Shown in pieces: positions 9,264 to 19,109 of a stretch of 64,000 nt of DNA. Origin of the DNA: an uncultured delta proteobacterium (GTDB lineage: Bacteria > Desulfobacterota > Binatia > UBA9968). Under the pieces are notes generated by a model. That model did not search any database. It worked only from the letters and a program-made list of their open reading frames with translations, and was not told the DNA's origin. Position 1 is the stretch's first letter, and every line of letters begins with the position of its first letter. Position numbers and translations under genes: made by a program. Location: positions 736,001 through 800,000 of the forward strand of contig CAWFJP010000003.1 of the NCBI GenBank assembly GCA_963816145.1, written 5' to 3'.

Positions 9264-10250
9264 ATGACACAGATAAAATTCGGCGTCGGCATCTACGGCA
9301 CGGACAATGCCCGCGAAGCCATCGCGCTGGCGCGCACCGCCGAAGTACTTGGCTACGACCGATTCTGGATCGGCGATTCGCATATGATCTGGCGCGAGCT
9401 TTACGTCCTCGCCGGAGCGATTGCCATGGTGACGAAGAAACTCGCCATCGGTCCCGGCGTTACCCATCTGGCAGGGCGTCATATCACCGTCACCGCCAGT
9501 GCCATGGCAACCCTGCATGAATTGACCGGCGGCCGGGTGTTTTTCGGCTTTGGCGTCGGCGCTAGCGGGCCCGGCAATATCGGCATGAAACGAGCTAGCG
9601 CAGAGGAGCTTGAAGAATATATCGAAATCGTGAAAAAACTCTGGCGCGGCGACAGCGTTACAATCGCCGGCAAAGAAGTCCGCTGTCTATTTCCCTGTGG
9701 CTCGATGCCGATCTTCATCGGCACCCGCGCGCCCCGAGTCATGAAGATGGCGTGTCGGATCGCCGACGGTATCATTCATGCCGGCGCCATCGATGGACTC
9801 GAAGAATTCGTCCGACGTTTTCGGAATTACGCTGTCGAAGCCGGCCGCGCGCCGGAATCGGTCCAGTTTATCTCCCGACTTCCCTGTGCCATCGACGCCG
9901 ACGCGGGCGCCGCTCGGGAACAGGTCAAAGGCGTCATCGCCCGCACCGCCATGACCCAACTCGGCCGCCTTTACGATCGCGGCCAATTGAATGACGAGCA
10001 CGATCGCCAAGCCGTCGAGCGCATGCGCCAAGAATACGATACCTACCATCACATGGACGCCGCCCATAGTTATCTAGTGCGCGACGAATGGGTCGAGCGC
10101 TTTGCCATCGCCGGCACGGCGGATCAGGTGAGAGCGCGGGTGCGTCGAATCGTCGCTGCCGGCGTCGACGAGCTGACGATCATCCCCCGCGGCGCTTCGA
10201 AACAGACCACACTAGAAACCTTTGCGCGGGAAGTTATGGAACAGCTCTGA
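9264..10250 (+). CDS. LLM-class flavin-dependent oxidoreductase (Mer/luciferase-like)
   Basis: AEVLGYDRFWIGDSH, IGPGVT, TLHELTGGR, IADG, AIAGT. Confidence 0.88.
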   Translation: MTQIKFGVGIYGTDNAREAIALARTAEVLGYDRFWIGDSHMIWRELYVLAGAIAMVTKKLAIGPGVTHLAGRHITVTASAMATLHELTGGRVFFGFGVGASGPGNIGMKRASAEELEEYIEIVKKLWRGDSVTIAGKEVRCLFPCGSMPIFIGTRAPRVMKMACRIADGIIHAGAIDGLEEFVRRFRNYAVEAGRAPESVQFISRLPCAIDADAGAAREQVKGVIARTAMTQLGRLYDRGQLNDEHDRQAVERMRQEYDTYHHMDAAHSYLVRDEWVERFAIAGTADQVRARVRRIVAAGVDELTIIPRGASKQTTLETFAREVMEQL

Positions 10251-10311
10251 GCCGAATTGTTATCTCTCTCGGAGGTGCTGTACCCGCTCACATTCAGTCA
10301 AGCCCAAAGCC

Positions 10312-10386
10312 GTCATTCCCGTGAAAACGGGAATCCAGGCCCGAGTTCATCGGCACAACCTAGATTCCCGCCTGCGCGGGAATGAC
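10312..10386. repeat. REP-like inverted pair between convergent genes
   Basis: GTCATTCCCGTGAAAACGGGAATCCA...TAGATTCCCGCCTGCGCGGGAATGAC. Confidence 0.8.
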
Positions 10387-10490
10387 GAGGATGAACGAAT
10401 CGACTTCGACTCGACGATATCAGAATCGCGCAACTTCTGGCCTATGGGGTTAAGATCGACAATTGGTGTAGCTCTGATGGATCACACGGG

Positions 10491-12017
10491 CTATCCGGCG
10501 TCCGCCAAGATGATTTCTTTAAGTTTCACCTTGTTGACCTTGCCGACTTCGGTGTGTGGTAACGAATCGCGGAACTCAACCGACTTGGGAACTTTGTAGG
10601 CCGACAAGCGCTCCTTGCAGTAGCTGACCAGCTCGCCGCTTTGTATCTTGGCGCCTGGCTTGAGCACGATCACCGCCTTCAACGCCTCGCCCCACTGCGG
10701 ATCGGGCACGCCGATGACAGCGGCTTCGAGAATATCGGGATGGCTGTAAATCACGCTTTCGATCTCCAGCGGATAGATGCTGATGCCACCGCTCTTGACC
10801 ATGTCTTTCTTGCGGCCCGACACGTACAGATAACCCTCTTCGTCGAAGTAGCCGAGATCGCCGGTGTAAAACCAGCCGTCGCGAAATGATGCGTTGGTCG
10901 CTTCGGGATTTTTATAATAGCCATGGGTCGCCAGCGGGCTTTGGCAGATGATCTCGCCGACTTCGCCGACTTTAACCGGCTTGCCGGCATCATCGACGAT
11001 GCGCAAGTCGACGCACCAAACCGGCCGCCCCGCCGAGTTCGCCTTGGACGCCGCGTCGCCAGGTTTCGAGATCGCCATCTGGCCGGAATCGGTCGACGCG
11101 TAGGTCCGGTAGATATTCGGCGTCAAATTCCTTTGCAGCGACTCGAGCACGGCCGGATGCACCTTGCCGCCGGTGATCGCCAGACAGCGCAGCGAGCTGG
11201 TGTCGTACTTCTTGGTTTCGAGAACATGGAGCATGCGTTCGCACATCACCGGCACCGCGCCAACGTAGGTGACTTTCTCGCGCTCGATGGTTCTCAGTAC
11301 TTCCTCGGCATCGAAGCGCTCGTGCAGAATCATCGTGCCGCCGAAGTAAATGATCCCGAGGGTGAACGAACGCCCGGCGTTGAAGTAAATCGGCGACGAT
11401 AAAATCGCCTTGTCATGGGCGCCGAGACCTTTTTCGATGGCGTTGTTGATGCAGTGAAAAACAAAAGTCCGCTGCGTCGCTAGACAGCCCTTGGGAAAGC
11501 CAGTGGTACCAGAAGTCAGCATGACTGCGAACGGATCGTCTTCGCTGATTTCGACATCCGGCTCGTCTGCGTTCTGCCCATTGAGCAAGCGGCTGTAGCT
11601 CAAATCGGCCGACAGCGAGATCGCTGTGATCGAGCTGAGATTCTTTAACTCGTTGGCCCTGGCAAACTCCTCGACGCAGTCTTCCTGCAGAATGATGAAG
11701 CGCGGCTCCAGGGCGGCGACCACCGAACCAAGCTCCAGCGCCTTCCATTTGACATCGAGCGGGATCGCCAGCGCACCGATCTTGGCCGTGGCGAAAACGA
11801 TCTCAAGATGCTCGATGCGATTGCCCACCGACAACGCCACGCCGTCGCCGCGCTTGACGCCGACGGAAAGCAACCCATGCGCGAGCCGATTGACTCGTGC
11901 ATTGAGCTCGGCATAAGTGGTCTCGCGAAACCTGTCCCGCGCGGCGATCTTGAGCGGAAACTTCCAAGCGTTACGGCGCAAGCCGTCGCCCATTAACATT
12001 GGAATGCTGGTGCCCAT
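10491..12017 (-). CDS. Acyl-CoA synthetase (AMP-forming)
   Basis: TSGTTGFPKG, YASTD, TGDLG, GRKKDMVKSGG, YKVPK, GKVNK. Confidence 0.92.
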   Translation of the reverse strand: MGTSIPMLMGDGLRRNAWKFPLKIAARDRFRETTYAELNARVNRLAHGLLSVGVKRGDGVALSVGNRIEHLEIVFATAKIGALAIPLDVKWKALELGSVVAALEPRFIILQEDCVEEFARANELKNLSSITAISLSADLSYSRLLNGQNADEPDVEISEDDPFAVMLTSGTTGFPKGCLATQRTFVFHCINNAIEKGLGAHDKAILSSPIYFNAGRSFTLGIIYFGGTMILHERFDAEEVLRTIEREKVTYVGAVPVMCERMLHVLETKKYDTSSLRCLAITGGKVHPAVLESLQRNLTPNIYRTYASTDSGQMAISKPGDAASKANSAGRPVWCVDLRIVDDAGKPVKVGEVGEIICQSPLATHGYYKNPEATNASFRDGWFYTGDLGYFDEEGYLYVSGRKKDMVKSGGISIYPLEIESVIYSHPDILEAAVIGVPDPQWGEALKAVIVLKPGAKIQSGELVSYCKERLSAYKVPKSVEFRDSLPHTEVGKVNKVKLKEIILADAG

Positions 12018-12073
12018 GGTTCTTTATTGTTCAGCCTCACAGTACATGAGTCGATTAGGCTTTGTTTGGACGG

Positions 12074-12155
12074 GGCGTGAGGCTTGAGGCACGAGGCGTG
12101 AGTCAGAGATCGGATCAGATATCTTACTCGCGCCTCAAGCCTCGTGCCTCATGCC
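12074..12155. repeat. Heptamer palindromic element (GGCNTGA)n...(GCCTCNN)n
   Basis: GGCGTGAGGCTTGAGGCACGAGGCG / CGCCTCAAGCCTCGTGCCTCATGCC. Confidence 0.8.
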
Positions 12156-12970
12156 TATCTGCCCTTCCAATTCGCCGGCCGTTTTTCGACGAACGCGCGC
12201 GGCCCTTCCTTGGCGTCTTCGGTTTGCATGATCATGCTTTGCAAATCCGATTCGTAGCGAATCCCTTGTTCGAGCGGCATGTCCATACCTTTGTAGATCG
12301 CTTCCTTGATATAGCGCAGCGCCAGCGGCGCGCCTTTGAGAAATGACTGGGCCATTTTTTCGCCGGCAGGGATCAGATAATTGTATGGAACCAGTTGATT
12401 GACCAGGCCGATGCGGTAGCACTCCGCCGCGTCGTACAATTCGCCGGAAAGGCATATCTCCAGCGCTTTGGGCAAACCGACCAAGCGCGGCAAGCGCTGC
12501 GTGCCCCCTGAACCCGACATAAACCCGAGCCGAACTTCGCTTACGCCGAGTCTCGCGCCTTCGGCCGCGATGCGAATGTCGCAAGCCAAGCTCATCAACA
12601 GCCCGGTGCCTACGGTGTAGCCATGCAATAACGCGATGGTGATCTTGTTCATCGCCGCAATCGCCGGCGCCGGCGTGCCGGGGATCGCATTGTGCTTCTC
12701 CTGGCGCGCCATCAGCGGCGACGCCGGCTCCACCGTTCCGGCCTCATTGGCGCGCGCCCGGTCTTTGATATCGCCGCCGACCGAAAACGCCCGCTCGCCG
12801 TTGGCCTTGAAGATCACCACTTGAACGTCGGGATCCTCCTCGGCGGCGCGGCAATAACCGACAATCGACTTCACCATGTCGCGATTCACCGCGTTCAACG
12901 ACTCCGGCCGGTTAAGCGTGATCCAGGCAATCTTGTCTTTTACTTCATAGAGAATTTTTTCGTCTGCCAT
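12155..12970 (-). CDS. Enoyl-CoA hydratase/isomerase family protein
   Basis: LNRPESLNA, FSVGGDI, LACDIRIA, GGTQRLPRLVG; first catalytic Glu replaced (GTGLLM). Confidence 0.9.
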   Translation of the reverse strand: MADEKILYEVKDKIAWITLNRPESLNAVNRDMVKSIVGYCRAAEEDPDVQVVIFKANGERAFSVGGDIKDRARANEAGTVEPASPLMARQEKHNAIPGTPAPAIAAMNKITIALLHGYTVGTGLLMSLACDIRIAAEGARLGVSEVRLGFMSGSGGTQRLPRLVGLPKALEICLSGELYDAAECYRIGLVNQLVPYNYLIPAGEKMAQSFLKGAPLALRYIKEAIYKGMDMPLEQGIRYESDLQSMIMQTEDAKEGPRAFVEKRPANWKGR

Positions 12971-13029
12971 TGATTACCTCGATGTAGTTCATTGCTTAAA
13001 ATAATATTTGCCGATACTTCACACTACCT

Positions 13030-13155
13030 AGGCGTGAGGCATGAGGCATGAGGCCCGAGTAAGAAATCAGCGAGCGTCCCCCAACTGATGCCTATTGCCT
13101 GATGCCTATTGCCTCTCAGCCATTTTACTCAGGCCTCAAGCCTCGCGCCTCATGC
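13030..13155. repeat. Heptamer GAGGC/GCCTC palindrome with an internal TGCCTAT repeat arm
   Basis: AGGCGTGAGGCATGAGGCATGAGG...TGCCTATTGCCTGATGCCTATTGCC...GCCTCAAGCCTCGCGCCTCATGC. Confidence 0.75.
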
Positions 13156-13953
13156 TTATTTCCCCTTCCACACCGGCGCGCGTTTCTCGGCAAACGCCCG
13201 CGGCCCTTCTTTGCTGTCTTCCGTAGTTCCGACTAACGCGGATAGATCCGACTCCAAGCGAAATCCTTCGTCAATCGACAGCTGCACACCTTTGGTGATC
13301 GCTTCTTTGATAAACATCACCGACATCGGCGCGCCTTTGAGAATGCGATTGGCCAGGTCTTCCGCCGCCTTCATGACGTCGGCGGCTGGCACCGCGTGGT
13401 TGACCAGGCCCAGTTTCTCCGCTTCCGTGCCGCTCACCGTGTCGCCGGTCATACAGATTTCCAGCGCTTTCGCGACGCCCACGGTGCGCGCCAGACGCTG
13501 CGTCCCGCCGGCGCCAGGAATAATCCCGCGCTTCACTTCGGCAAGGCCCAACTTGGCGTCTTCCGCGGCGATGCGCATGTCGCAAGCTAAAGCGAACTCG
13601 AGTCCGCCGCCGACGCAGTAACCGCGGATGGCTGCAATCGTCGGTTTGGTGAGCGCCGCCACAGCGCGGCTCTGAGAGTTAATTGTAATGCCCGAAAGCT
13701 TGGCGGCGCGCCTTTCAATCGGCGACACAGCGCTCTCCGCCCGCTCTTTCAGATCCATGCCGGCCGAAAAAGCTTTGTCGCCAGCGCCGGTGAAAATCGC
13801 GATACGAATGCCGGGATCGTTTTCAATCTGCGCGCAGGCGTCGACCAACTCCTTCGCCATCAGTCGATTGACCGCGTTCATCGACTCGGGCCGGTTAAAC
13901 GTCACGTAGGCGATCTGATTGCGCACATCGAATAAGACATGTTCAAAAGCCAT
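13156..13953 (-). CDS. Enoyl-CoA hydratase (crotonase)
   Basis: FSAGMDL, GGGLEFALACD, LAEVKRGIIPGAGGTQRL; both catalytic Glu present. Confidence 0.92.
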   Translation of the reverse strand: MAFEHVLFDVRNQIAYVTFNRPESMNAVNRLMAKELVDACAQIENDPGIRIAIFTGAGDKAFSAGMDLKERAESAVSPIERRAAKLSGITINSQSRAVAALTKPTIAAIRGYCVGGGLEFALACDMRIAAEDAKLGLAEVKRGIIPGAGGTQRLARTVGVAKALEICMTGDTVSGTEAEKLGLVNHAVPAADVMKAAEDLANRILKGAPMSVMFIKEAITKGVQLSIDEGFRLESDLSALVGTTEDSKEGPRAFAEKRAPVWKGK

Positions 13954-13972
13954 CACTGTTTCCTTTCCAATC

Positions 13973-14974
13973 TTAGCGTTTCGCTTTGCGCTCCTGGGCG
14001 AGCTGCTCCAGGAACGACAAATCCAACAGTTCGTTCACGTTTAGTTTCATCCCGACCAAATTTTTGTCGTTGGCCATCACGTTCTCCATGGCCTTGGCGG
14101 TGATAAGCGGCAGGCCGGGGGTAACCTGACTATAGGTTCGCCGGGTTTCTTCGAGTTCTTCGATGACATTCGAGCGATAGTATTCGCCGAGAAACTTATG
14201 CACTTGATCTTTGTTATTTTCATCGCGATAAAAATCCATGCCGTCCGCCAGCCCGCGCATGAAGTTCATAACCGTCTCTCTATCGGTTCGGATGAAGGAT
14301 CGCGTGGTCACCGGTCCTGCAACCGTGTACTCGAAATCCTCCTTGGAAAAATCGATAAACGTGGGGTAACCCGCTTTGCGCGCCTTTAAGGTGAACGGGG
14401 ATTGAAACAAGCTGGCTTGAACCTGTCCGGCGGTGAGCGCGGTCCATCGGTCGCCCTGGCCGCCAATGCCGACAATCTGCACGTCCTTCTCAGGATTGAG
14501 CCCAAGCCGTCGAACGGCCACCCGGGCGATGAAATCAGTGCTTGACCCGAGTTGGCTGACCCCGATTCGCTTTCCCTTGAGATCTTCGGGCCGTTTGATA
14601 GACGGATGCGCCGCCAAAATGTAGTCCAGACGATTACCTACTGCGCCGATAAATTGAAACTCCTTGGCGCCCTGTGCCCACGCCGCCACCACCGTCGAAG
14701 CGCCTTGCAATTGTAAAGGCAGAGCGCCGGATAGCGCCGCTTGGATTCCCATCAGCCCGCCGCGGATGTAGATCGGTTCTAGCTTCAGCCCGTGCTTTTC
14801 AAAGGACCCCGAACGATACGCAACCCAAAAGTAGCTCGAAGAACCGCCCAGTGGATAGCCGACTTTGATCTCTCTCAGAGGTTTGGCTTGAGCGAAAACG
14901 ATCGCCGGGAGCAGAATTAGTACCAAACAAATAACCATTCGTAACATCCGAGCAATTGGATTCATTAGCGGCAC
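13973..14974 (-). CDS. ABC transporter substrate-binding protein, NMT1/THI5-like
   Basis: Signal peptide; FEKHGL, DLKGKRIGVSQLGSSTD, GLNPEKDV; GGAGG before GTG. Confidence 0.85.
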   Translation of the reverse strand: MPLMNPIARMLRMVICLVLILLPAIVFAQAKPLREIKVGYPLGGSSSYFWVAYRSGSFEKHGLKLEPIYIRGGLMGIQAALSGALPLQLQGASTVVAAWAQGAKEFQFIGAVGNRLDYILAAHPSIKRPEDLKGKRIGVSQLGSSTDFIARVAVRRLGLNPEKDVQIVGIGGQGDRWTALTAGQVQASLFQSPFTLKARKAGYPTFIDFSKEDFEYTVAGPVTTRSFIRTDRETVMNFMRGLADGMDFYRDENNKDQVHKFLGEYYRSNVIEELEETRRTYSQVTPGLPLITAKAMENVMANDKNLVGMKLNVNELLDLSFLEQLAQERKAKR

Positions 14975-15099
14975 CTCCGTTAGCTAACGTTGTTCACTAT
15001 GAAACCAAAAATTCTTTACCCCTGCACGCGGGCGATCGAACTCTGAGTCGAACTATTATTTCTGACTATTGCCTAATGCCTGTTGCCTAGTGCCTATTC

Positions 15100-16143
15100 T
15101 CATCTGATCAGCTTACTCGCCCGCGCGAGCACGTCCGGCGGAATCGTCAGACCGATCTGCTTCGCGGTTTTGAGATTGATCACGAACTCAAACTTCGTCG
15201 GTTGCTCGACGGGCAGCTCGGCAGGCTTGGCACCCTTCAGGATCTTGTCCACGTAGGTGGCGGCACGGCGAAACTGCTCGGAAAAATCCGGCGCATATGA
15301 CATGAGCCCGCCGGCTTCCACTGTCTCCGGGTTCGTATAAATCGCCGGTAGCCGGTTTTTTGCGACGAATTGTAAGATCCGTGCTCGATTAGTATTGATG
15401 ACTGGTTGTGGTGCTGTAATGAGACCATGAGCCCCTTCCCTTACTGCTGCAGCGAATGCGCCATCGAAATCATTGAGACTACGTACTTCTAAGTATTGAA
15501 TGTGTAACCCGAGTCCGTGTGCTGCTGTTTCCATTTCTTTCAAAAGGATCGAACTGCTTTCACCCGACGGGTTGAAAAGGAAAGCCACCCGAGTGATCTT
15601 GGGAGAGGTCTCCTTGAGTAGTTCCAGCCGCTTCCCGCCTAGCTCCGGAGCAAGAACAGTCAGCCCGGTAAGGTTTCCACCCGGCCGCGCCAGGCTGTCG
15701 ACAATTCCCTGCGCGACCGGGTCGGCAATGGCAGCAAAGACGATTGGGATCGTCTTGGTCGCGTTCTTCGCGGCCGAGGCGTTAGGGGTAGTAACGATAA
15801 TATCAACCTTGAGACTGACCAGCTCGGCGGCGAGCTCAGGTAGCCAATCGCTCTTTCCGTCCGCAAATCGATACTCAATGGCAATGGTTTTGCCCTCTAC
15901 ATAACCTAACTCACGCAAACCCTGCCGGAATGTCTCGATCCGCGCGGAGTGGAAAGAAGCGGAGCTTGCTCCTAAAAAACCTATCCGCGGGACTTTCTTC
16001 GACTGCTGCGCCTCGGCCCTCGCCCCGACCAACGTGAGCGCGAGGACGATTGCAAAAAGCCCCGCCCATTTTCGATTTTCGATTTTAGATTTTAGATTGT
16101 CGGACCAAGAATCGGAAACTCGCTTCGAAGAAATTAGCTTCAT
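15100..16143 (-). CDS. ABC transporter substrate-binding protein (ABC_sub_bind type)
   Basis: AQQSKKVPRIGFL, LRELGYVEGK, DSLARPGGNLTG, GGLMSY, VEQPTKFEFVINLKTAK. Confidence 0.9.
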   Translation of the reverse strand: MKLISSKRVSDSWSDNLKSKIENRKWAGLFAIVLALTLVGARAEAQQSKKVPRIGFLGASSASFHSARIETFRQGLRELGYVEGKTIAIEYRFADGKSDWLPELAAELVSLKVDIIVTTPNASAAKNATKTIPIVFAAIADPVAQGIVDSLARPGGNLTGLTVLAPELGGKRLELLKETSPKITRVAFLFNPSGESSSILLKEMETAAHGLGLHIQYLEVRSLNDFDGAFAAAVREGAHGLITAPQPVINTNRARILQFVAKNRLPAIYTNPETVEAGGLMSYAPDFSEQFRRAATYVDKILKGAKPAELPVEQPTKFEFVINLKTAKQIGLTIPPDVLARASKLIR

Positions 16144-16189
16144 ACGTCTTATCCCCTAATCCAAAATCCAAAATCGGCAATCCAAAATT
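16068..16189. repeat. Heptamer palindrome (ATTTTNG)n...(AATCCAA)n straddling the start codon of 15100-16143
   Basis: One arm is upstream of the ATG; the other encodes NLKSKIENRK. Confidence 0.8.
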
Positions 16190-16192
16190 GTT

Positions 16193-16609
16193 CTAGGCCA
16201 GCTCAAAGCACGGCAGCTTGATCTCCGGATTGTGCGTCTGTTCGTAGCGCACCTTGACGCGATCGCCCATTTTGACCTTTTCCTTGTTGTCACCGAGCAG
16301 TCGGCTTTCGATGATGACGCCTTCGTCGAGAATTACGTTGATGTAGTAGATCGGCGCTTCTTCTTTGAACGCTGGGTTGCGCGGCACCCGCACCAGCGTG
16401 AAGCTGTGAATCTTGCCGGTGCCTTTGGCTTCGAAAAAGCTCACCTCGCCGAAACAGTCGACACAGGCGACCCGCGGGAAGAATTGCACCTTGCCGCAGC
16501 TGTTGCACTTTTGCAGCAGAAACTTGTTGTTGCGCGCCCCTTCCCAAAACGGCCGGTCGACGGGGTTGATCTTCGGTAAACTTTTTTGCGGTGCTCTTGC
16601 CTCGGCCAT
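16193..16609 (-). CDS. DUF35-type Zn-ribbon/OB-fold protein
   Basis: PFWEG, CNSCG..FFPR..CVDC, GKIHSFT; stop/start overlap with the thiolase-fold gene. Confidence 0.9.
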   Translation of the reverse strand: MAEARAPQKSLPKINPVDRPFWEGARNNKFLLQKCNSCGKVQFFPRVACVDCFGEVSFFEAKGTGKIHSFTLVRVPRNPAFKEEAPIYYINVILDEGVIIESRLLGDNKEKVKMGDRVKVRYEQTHNPEIKLPCFELA

Positions 16610-17760
16610 TACTTTCTCCTTTCCATGACCAGCGCACTGGTGGTTCCGAGATTGCGCCCGTAGTTGAGCCAGCCGATGCCGGTGACCAATGCCCGTTCGG
16701 CTTTCGCCACTTGATGGCCGTCGGCTTCGCCGCGCAGTTGGCGCAGCGCCTCGACGACATGGAGAAACCCTCCGGCGAGACCCGCCTGACCGACAGACAG
16801 TTCGCCGCCGCCGGTGTTGACCGGGAAGTCGCCCTTGTAGGTAAGATCGTGGGCGTCGACGAACTTGCCGCCGTCGCCTTTCTTGCAGTAACCGAAGTCC
16901 TCGATTTGAATCATCACCGCGATCGGATAATCGTCGTAGATTTCGAACAGGTCGATATCCTCGCGCTTCACCTCAGAGAATATCTTTTCACCCACCAGTT
17001 TCATGCCGAAAGTGGTTTTCTCCGGCAGCATATTAGCGACCTGATAGTGAACCTTTTCGGCGTCGGTGACGAGATAGACCATTTTGTCGGTTAGCTGCCT
17101 GGCCTTCTCCTCTGAAGCCAGGATGATGCATTCCGCGCCCGAGCAAGGCATGACGCAGTCGAACAAGCGCACTGGATCGGAGATCATTCGCGAGTTCAAA
17201 TAATCCTGCATCGACATTGGCTCGCGAAAAAGCGCCTGGGGATTGTTGATCGCGTTGAAACGCTGGGCCACGGCGATCTTGCCGACCTGTTCCAAAGTCG
17301 TGCCGAAGTTCTCCATGTGCAGCCGTTGGATCAGGGCCATTAATGAATTCGGCCCGCCGTAGCCGTAGACATCGACGAAGTTGCCGCGCTGATACTCCAA
17401 TTGCCGTTGGTGCGCGACGCTGCGGTCGAAGGAGTTGCCGGCCAGCAGCAAGGCTATATCGAGATGGCCGCATTCGATGGCGTCTGCCGCCCGGCTGACG
17501 GCACCGACGCCGCTGGCGCCGCCATAGTCGGCGTTCAAAACCCAATCCAACTCAAAGCCCAACTGTTCCGCCACATGGGGCGCCGTATCCGGACTCGCCT
17601 GCGTCGTGACCGATAAACCGTTGATGTCTTTCTTCTTGAGTCCGGTCTGATTGAGCGCCGCGCGGATCGCGATGGCGTACTGCCCAAGCAACGACTCCTC
17701 CGATTTGCGCGAATACTCCGTCGATCCATAGCCGACAAAACAAACTTTCTTACGTCTCAT
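16609..17760 (-). CDS. Thiolase-superfamily (SCP-x/Ltp2-like) protein lacking the catalytic Cys
   Basis: DYGGASG, NPQA, SRMISDPVRLFDC, EIYDDY, VNTGGGELS, EALRQLRG; AAGGAG RBS. Confidence 0.88.
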   Translation of the reverse strand: MRRKKVCFVGYGSTEYSRKSEESLLGQYAIAIRAALNQTGLKKKDINGLSVTTQASPDTAPHVAEQLGFELDWVLNADYGGASGVGAVSRAADAIECGHLDIALLLAGNSFDRSVAHQRQLEYQRGNFVDVYGYGGPNSLMALIQRLHMENFGTTLEQVGKIAVAQRFNAINNPQALFREPMSMQDYLNSRMISDPVRLFDCVMPCSGAECIILASEEKARQLTDKMVYLVTDAEKVHYQVANMLPEKTTFGMKLVGEKIFSEVKREDIDLFEIYDDYPIAVMIQIEDFGYCKKGDGGKFVDAHDLTYKGDFPVNTGGGELSVGQAGLAGGFLHVVEALRQLRGEADGHQVAKAERALVTGIGWLNYGRNLGTTSALVMERRK

Positions 17761-17788
17761 TCTTTGCTCGCTCCTTTCAGTCGCTTCG

Positions 17789-17874
17789 AGGCAATAGGCA
17801 TTAGGCAACAGGCATTAGTAAGACCGATCCGGTCCGAGATTCCTACTATTGCCTAGTGCCTGTTGCCTATTGCC
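17789..17874. repeat. Heptamer palindrome (GGCAATA)n...(TATTGCC)n; single arms also near 15066-15098 and 35917-35940
   Basis: GGCAATAGGCATTAGGCAACAGGCATTAG / CTATTGCCTAGTGCCTGTTGCCTATTGCC. Confidence 0.8.
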
Positions 17875-18988
17875 TTAAAAACCTCTCCCCCACCGCCCGA
17901 TTCATCTCTTCTTCGCGGCCGTAGAGTAGGCGCATCAAGCGCGCCTCGCGATAAAAACCTTCGAAGGGAAACTCTTTGCAGACGCCGTAACCGCCGTGAA
18001 TCTGAATCGCGCTGTCGGCGGCTTGGAACGCCATGCGCGCGGCGCGTTTCTTGGCTAATGCAGCCTCATCGAAATAGGGCAAATCGTTATCGGCGCGCCA
18101 GGCGGCTTCCAGGGTGAGCCAAGTCGTCGTGCGAATCTCGATGGACAGGTCGGCCAACATCCATTGAATCGCTTGGCGCTCAGCCAGCCGCCGGCCGAAG
18201 GTCACGCGATTCTTCGCGTGTTCAATAGACGCCGCCAGACAGCGCATGCCGATACCGAGAGAACGGGCTGCGATGCGCAGTTGCTCGGCGGCAATGATCG
18301 CACCCGCTTCATATTCATATCCGAGCAGTTGCTCGTTGGCGAGGCGGCAATGGCGCAACGAAAGCCGGGCCACGGTAGCGTCGGTGGTAAGATCGCCTTC
18401 ATCGACAATGTTGACTCCTGGCGCGTCGCGTTCGATCACGAAAAGTCCCAAACGCTGCGTGCCCTGCTCGCGCGCCGGAAATAGAAACAGATCGGCTCGG
18501 GGCGTGTACAGATCCATGCGCGAGTCTTGCAGGATCGCCCCTTCGGGCTCCTGGCGGTAAAGCGTGCGCAACTGGGACAAGCTGCCGGTCTTATGCGCCT
18601 CGTCGAAAGCTAAAGCCAGCGATAACTCGCCGGCGGCGAGCGCTTGGCCGTATTTGGTCTCGAACATGAAAGCCGGAATCGTCGCCGGCGCAAACGGCAA
18701 CACCGAGCGGCCAAACTCGCGGTGAATCAACACCTGGGCAATAGGCCCCATGGCCGGCCCGCCCATCGCTTCCGGCAGATCCAATGCCCACAGACCGACT
18801 TCGCGCGCCTTGTTGGTAAGCTCGGTGACGATCCCGGCATCGAGCTCGCGCCGCTCCGGCGCCCCCGGCGGCAAAAACGGCTGCGCTTGTTTCAAATACG
18901 CCCCTTCGCGGGCGATCAATTCCTTGTCAACGAATTGCGCAGCGGTCTCTTTGATCAGCTTTTCTTCGTCAGTCAGTTGTAAATCCAT
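17867..18988 (-). CDS. Acyl-CoA dehydrogenase-like subunit, probably non-catalytic partner
   Basis: Keeps RVTFGRRLAERQAIQW and QIHGGYG; lacks the SEP..GSD and EG..E motifs. Confidence 0.85.
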   Translation of the reverse strand: MDLQLTDEEKLIKETAAQFVDKELIAREGAYLKQAQPFLPPGAPERRELDAGIVTELTNKAREVGLWALDLPEAMGGPAMGPIAQVLIHREFGRSVLPFAPATIPAFMFETKYGQALAAGELSLALAFDEAHKTGSLSQLRTLYRQEPEGAILQDSRMDLYTPRADLFLFPAREQGTQRLGLFVIERDAPGVNIVDEGDLTTDATVARLSLRHCRLANEQLLGYEYEAGAIIAAEQLRIAARSLGIGMRCLAASIEHAKNRVTFGRRLAERQAIQWMLADLSIEIRTTTWLTLEAAWRADNDLPYFDEAALAKKRAARMAFQAADSAIQIHGGYGVCKEFPFEGFYREARLMRLLYGREEEMNRAVGERFLRQ

Positions 18989-19000
18989 AAACGTTGCTCA

Positions 19001-19080
19001 TCACCACGAAGACACGAAGAGCACGAAGTTCGGAAGAATTATTCTCCGAAACCTTCGTGTCCTTCGCGCCTTCGTGGTGA
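19001..19080. repeat. 9-bp-period palindrome (CACGAAG)n...(CTTCGTG)n
   Basis: TCACCACGAAGACACGAAGAGCACGAAGTTCGG...CTTCGTGTCCTTCGCGCCTTCGTGGTGA. Confidence 0.85.
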
Positions 19081-19109
19081 ATACGATCCTTGCATCTTGA
19101 CAGCCTAGG

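Noticed and set aside
19001-19080. Short repeats as a CRISPR array
   Set aside because: Units are 7-9 bp in inverted arms with no unique spacers and no cas genes.
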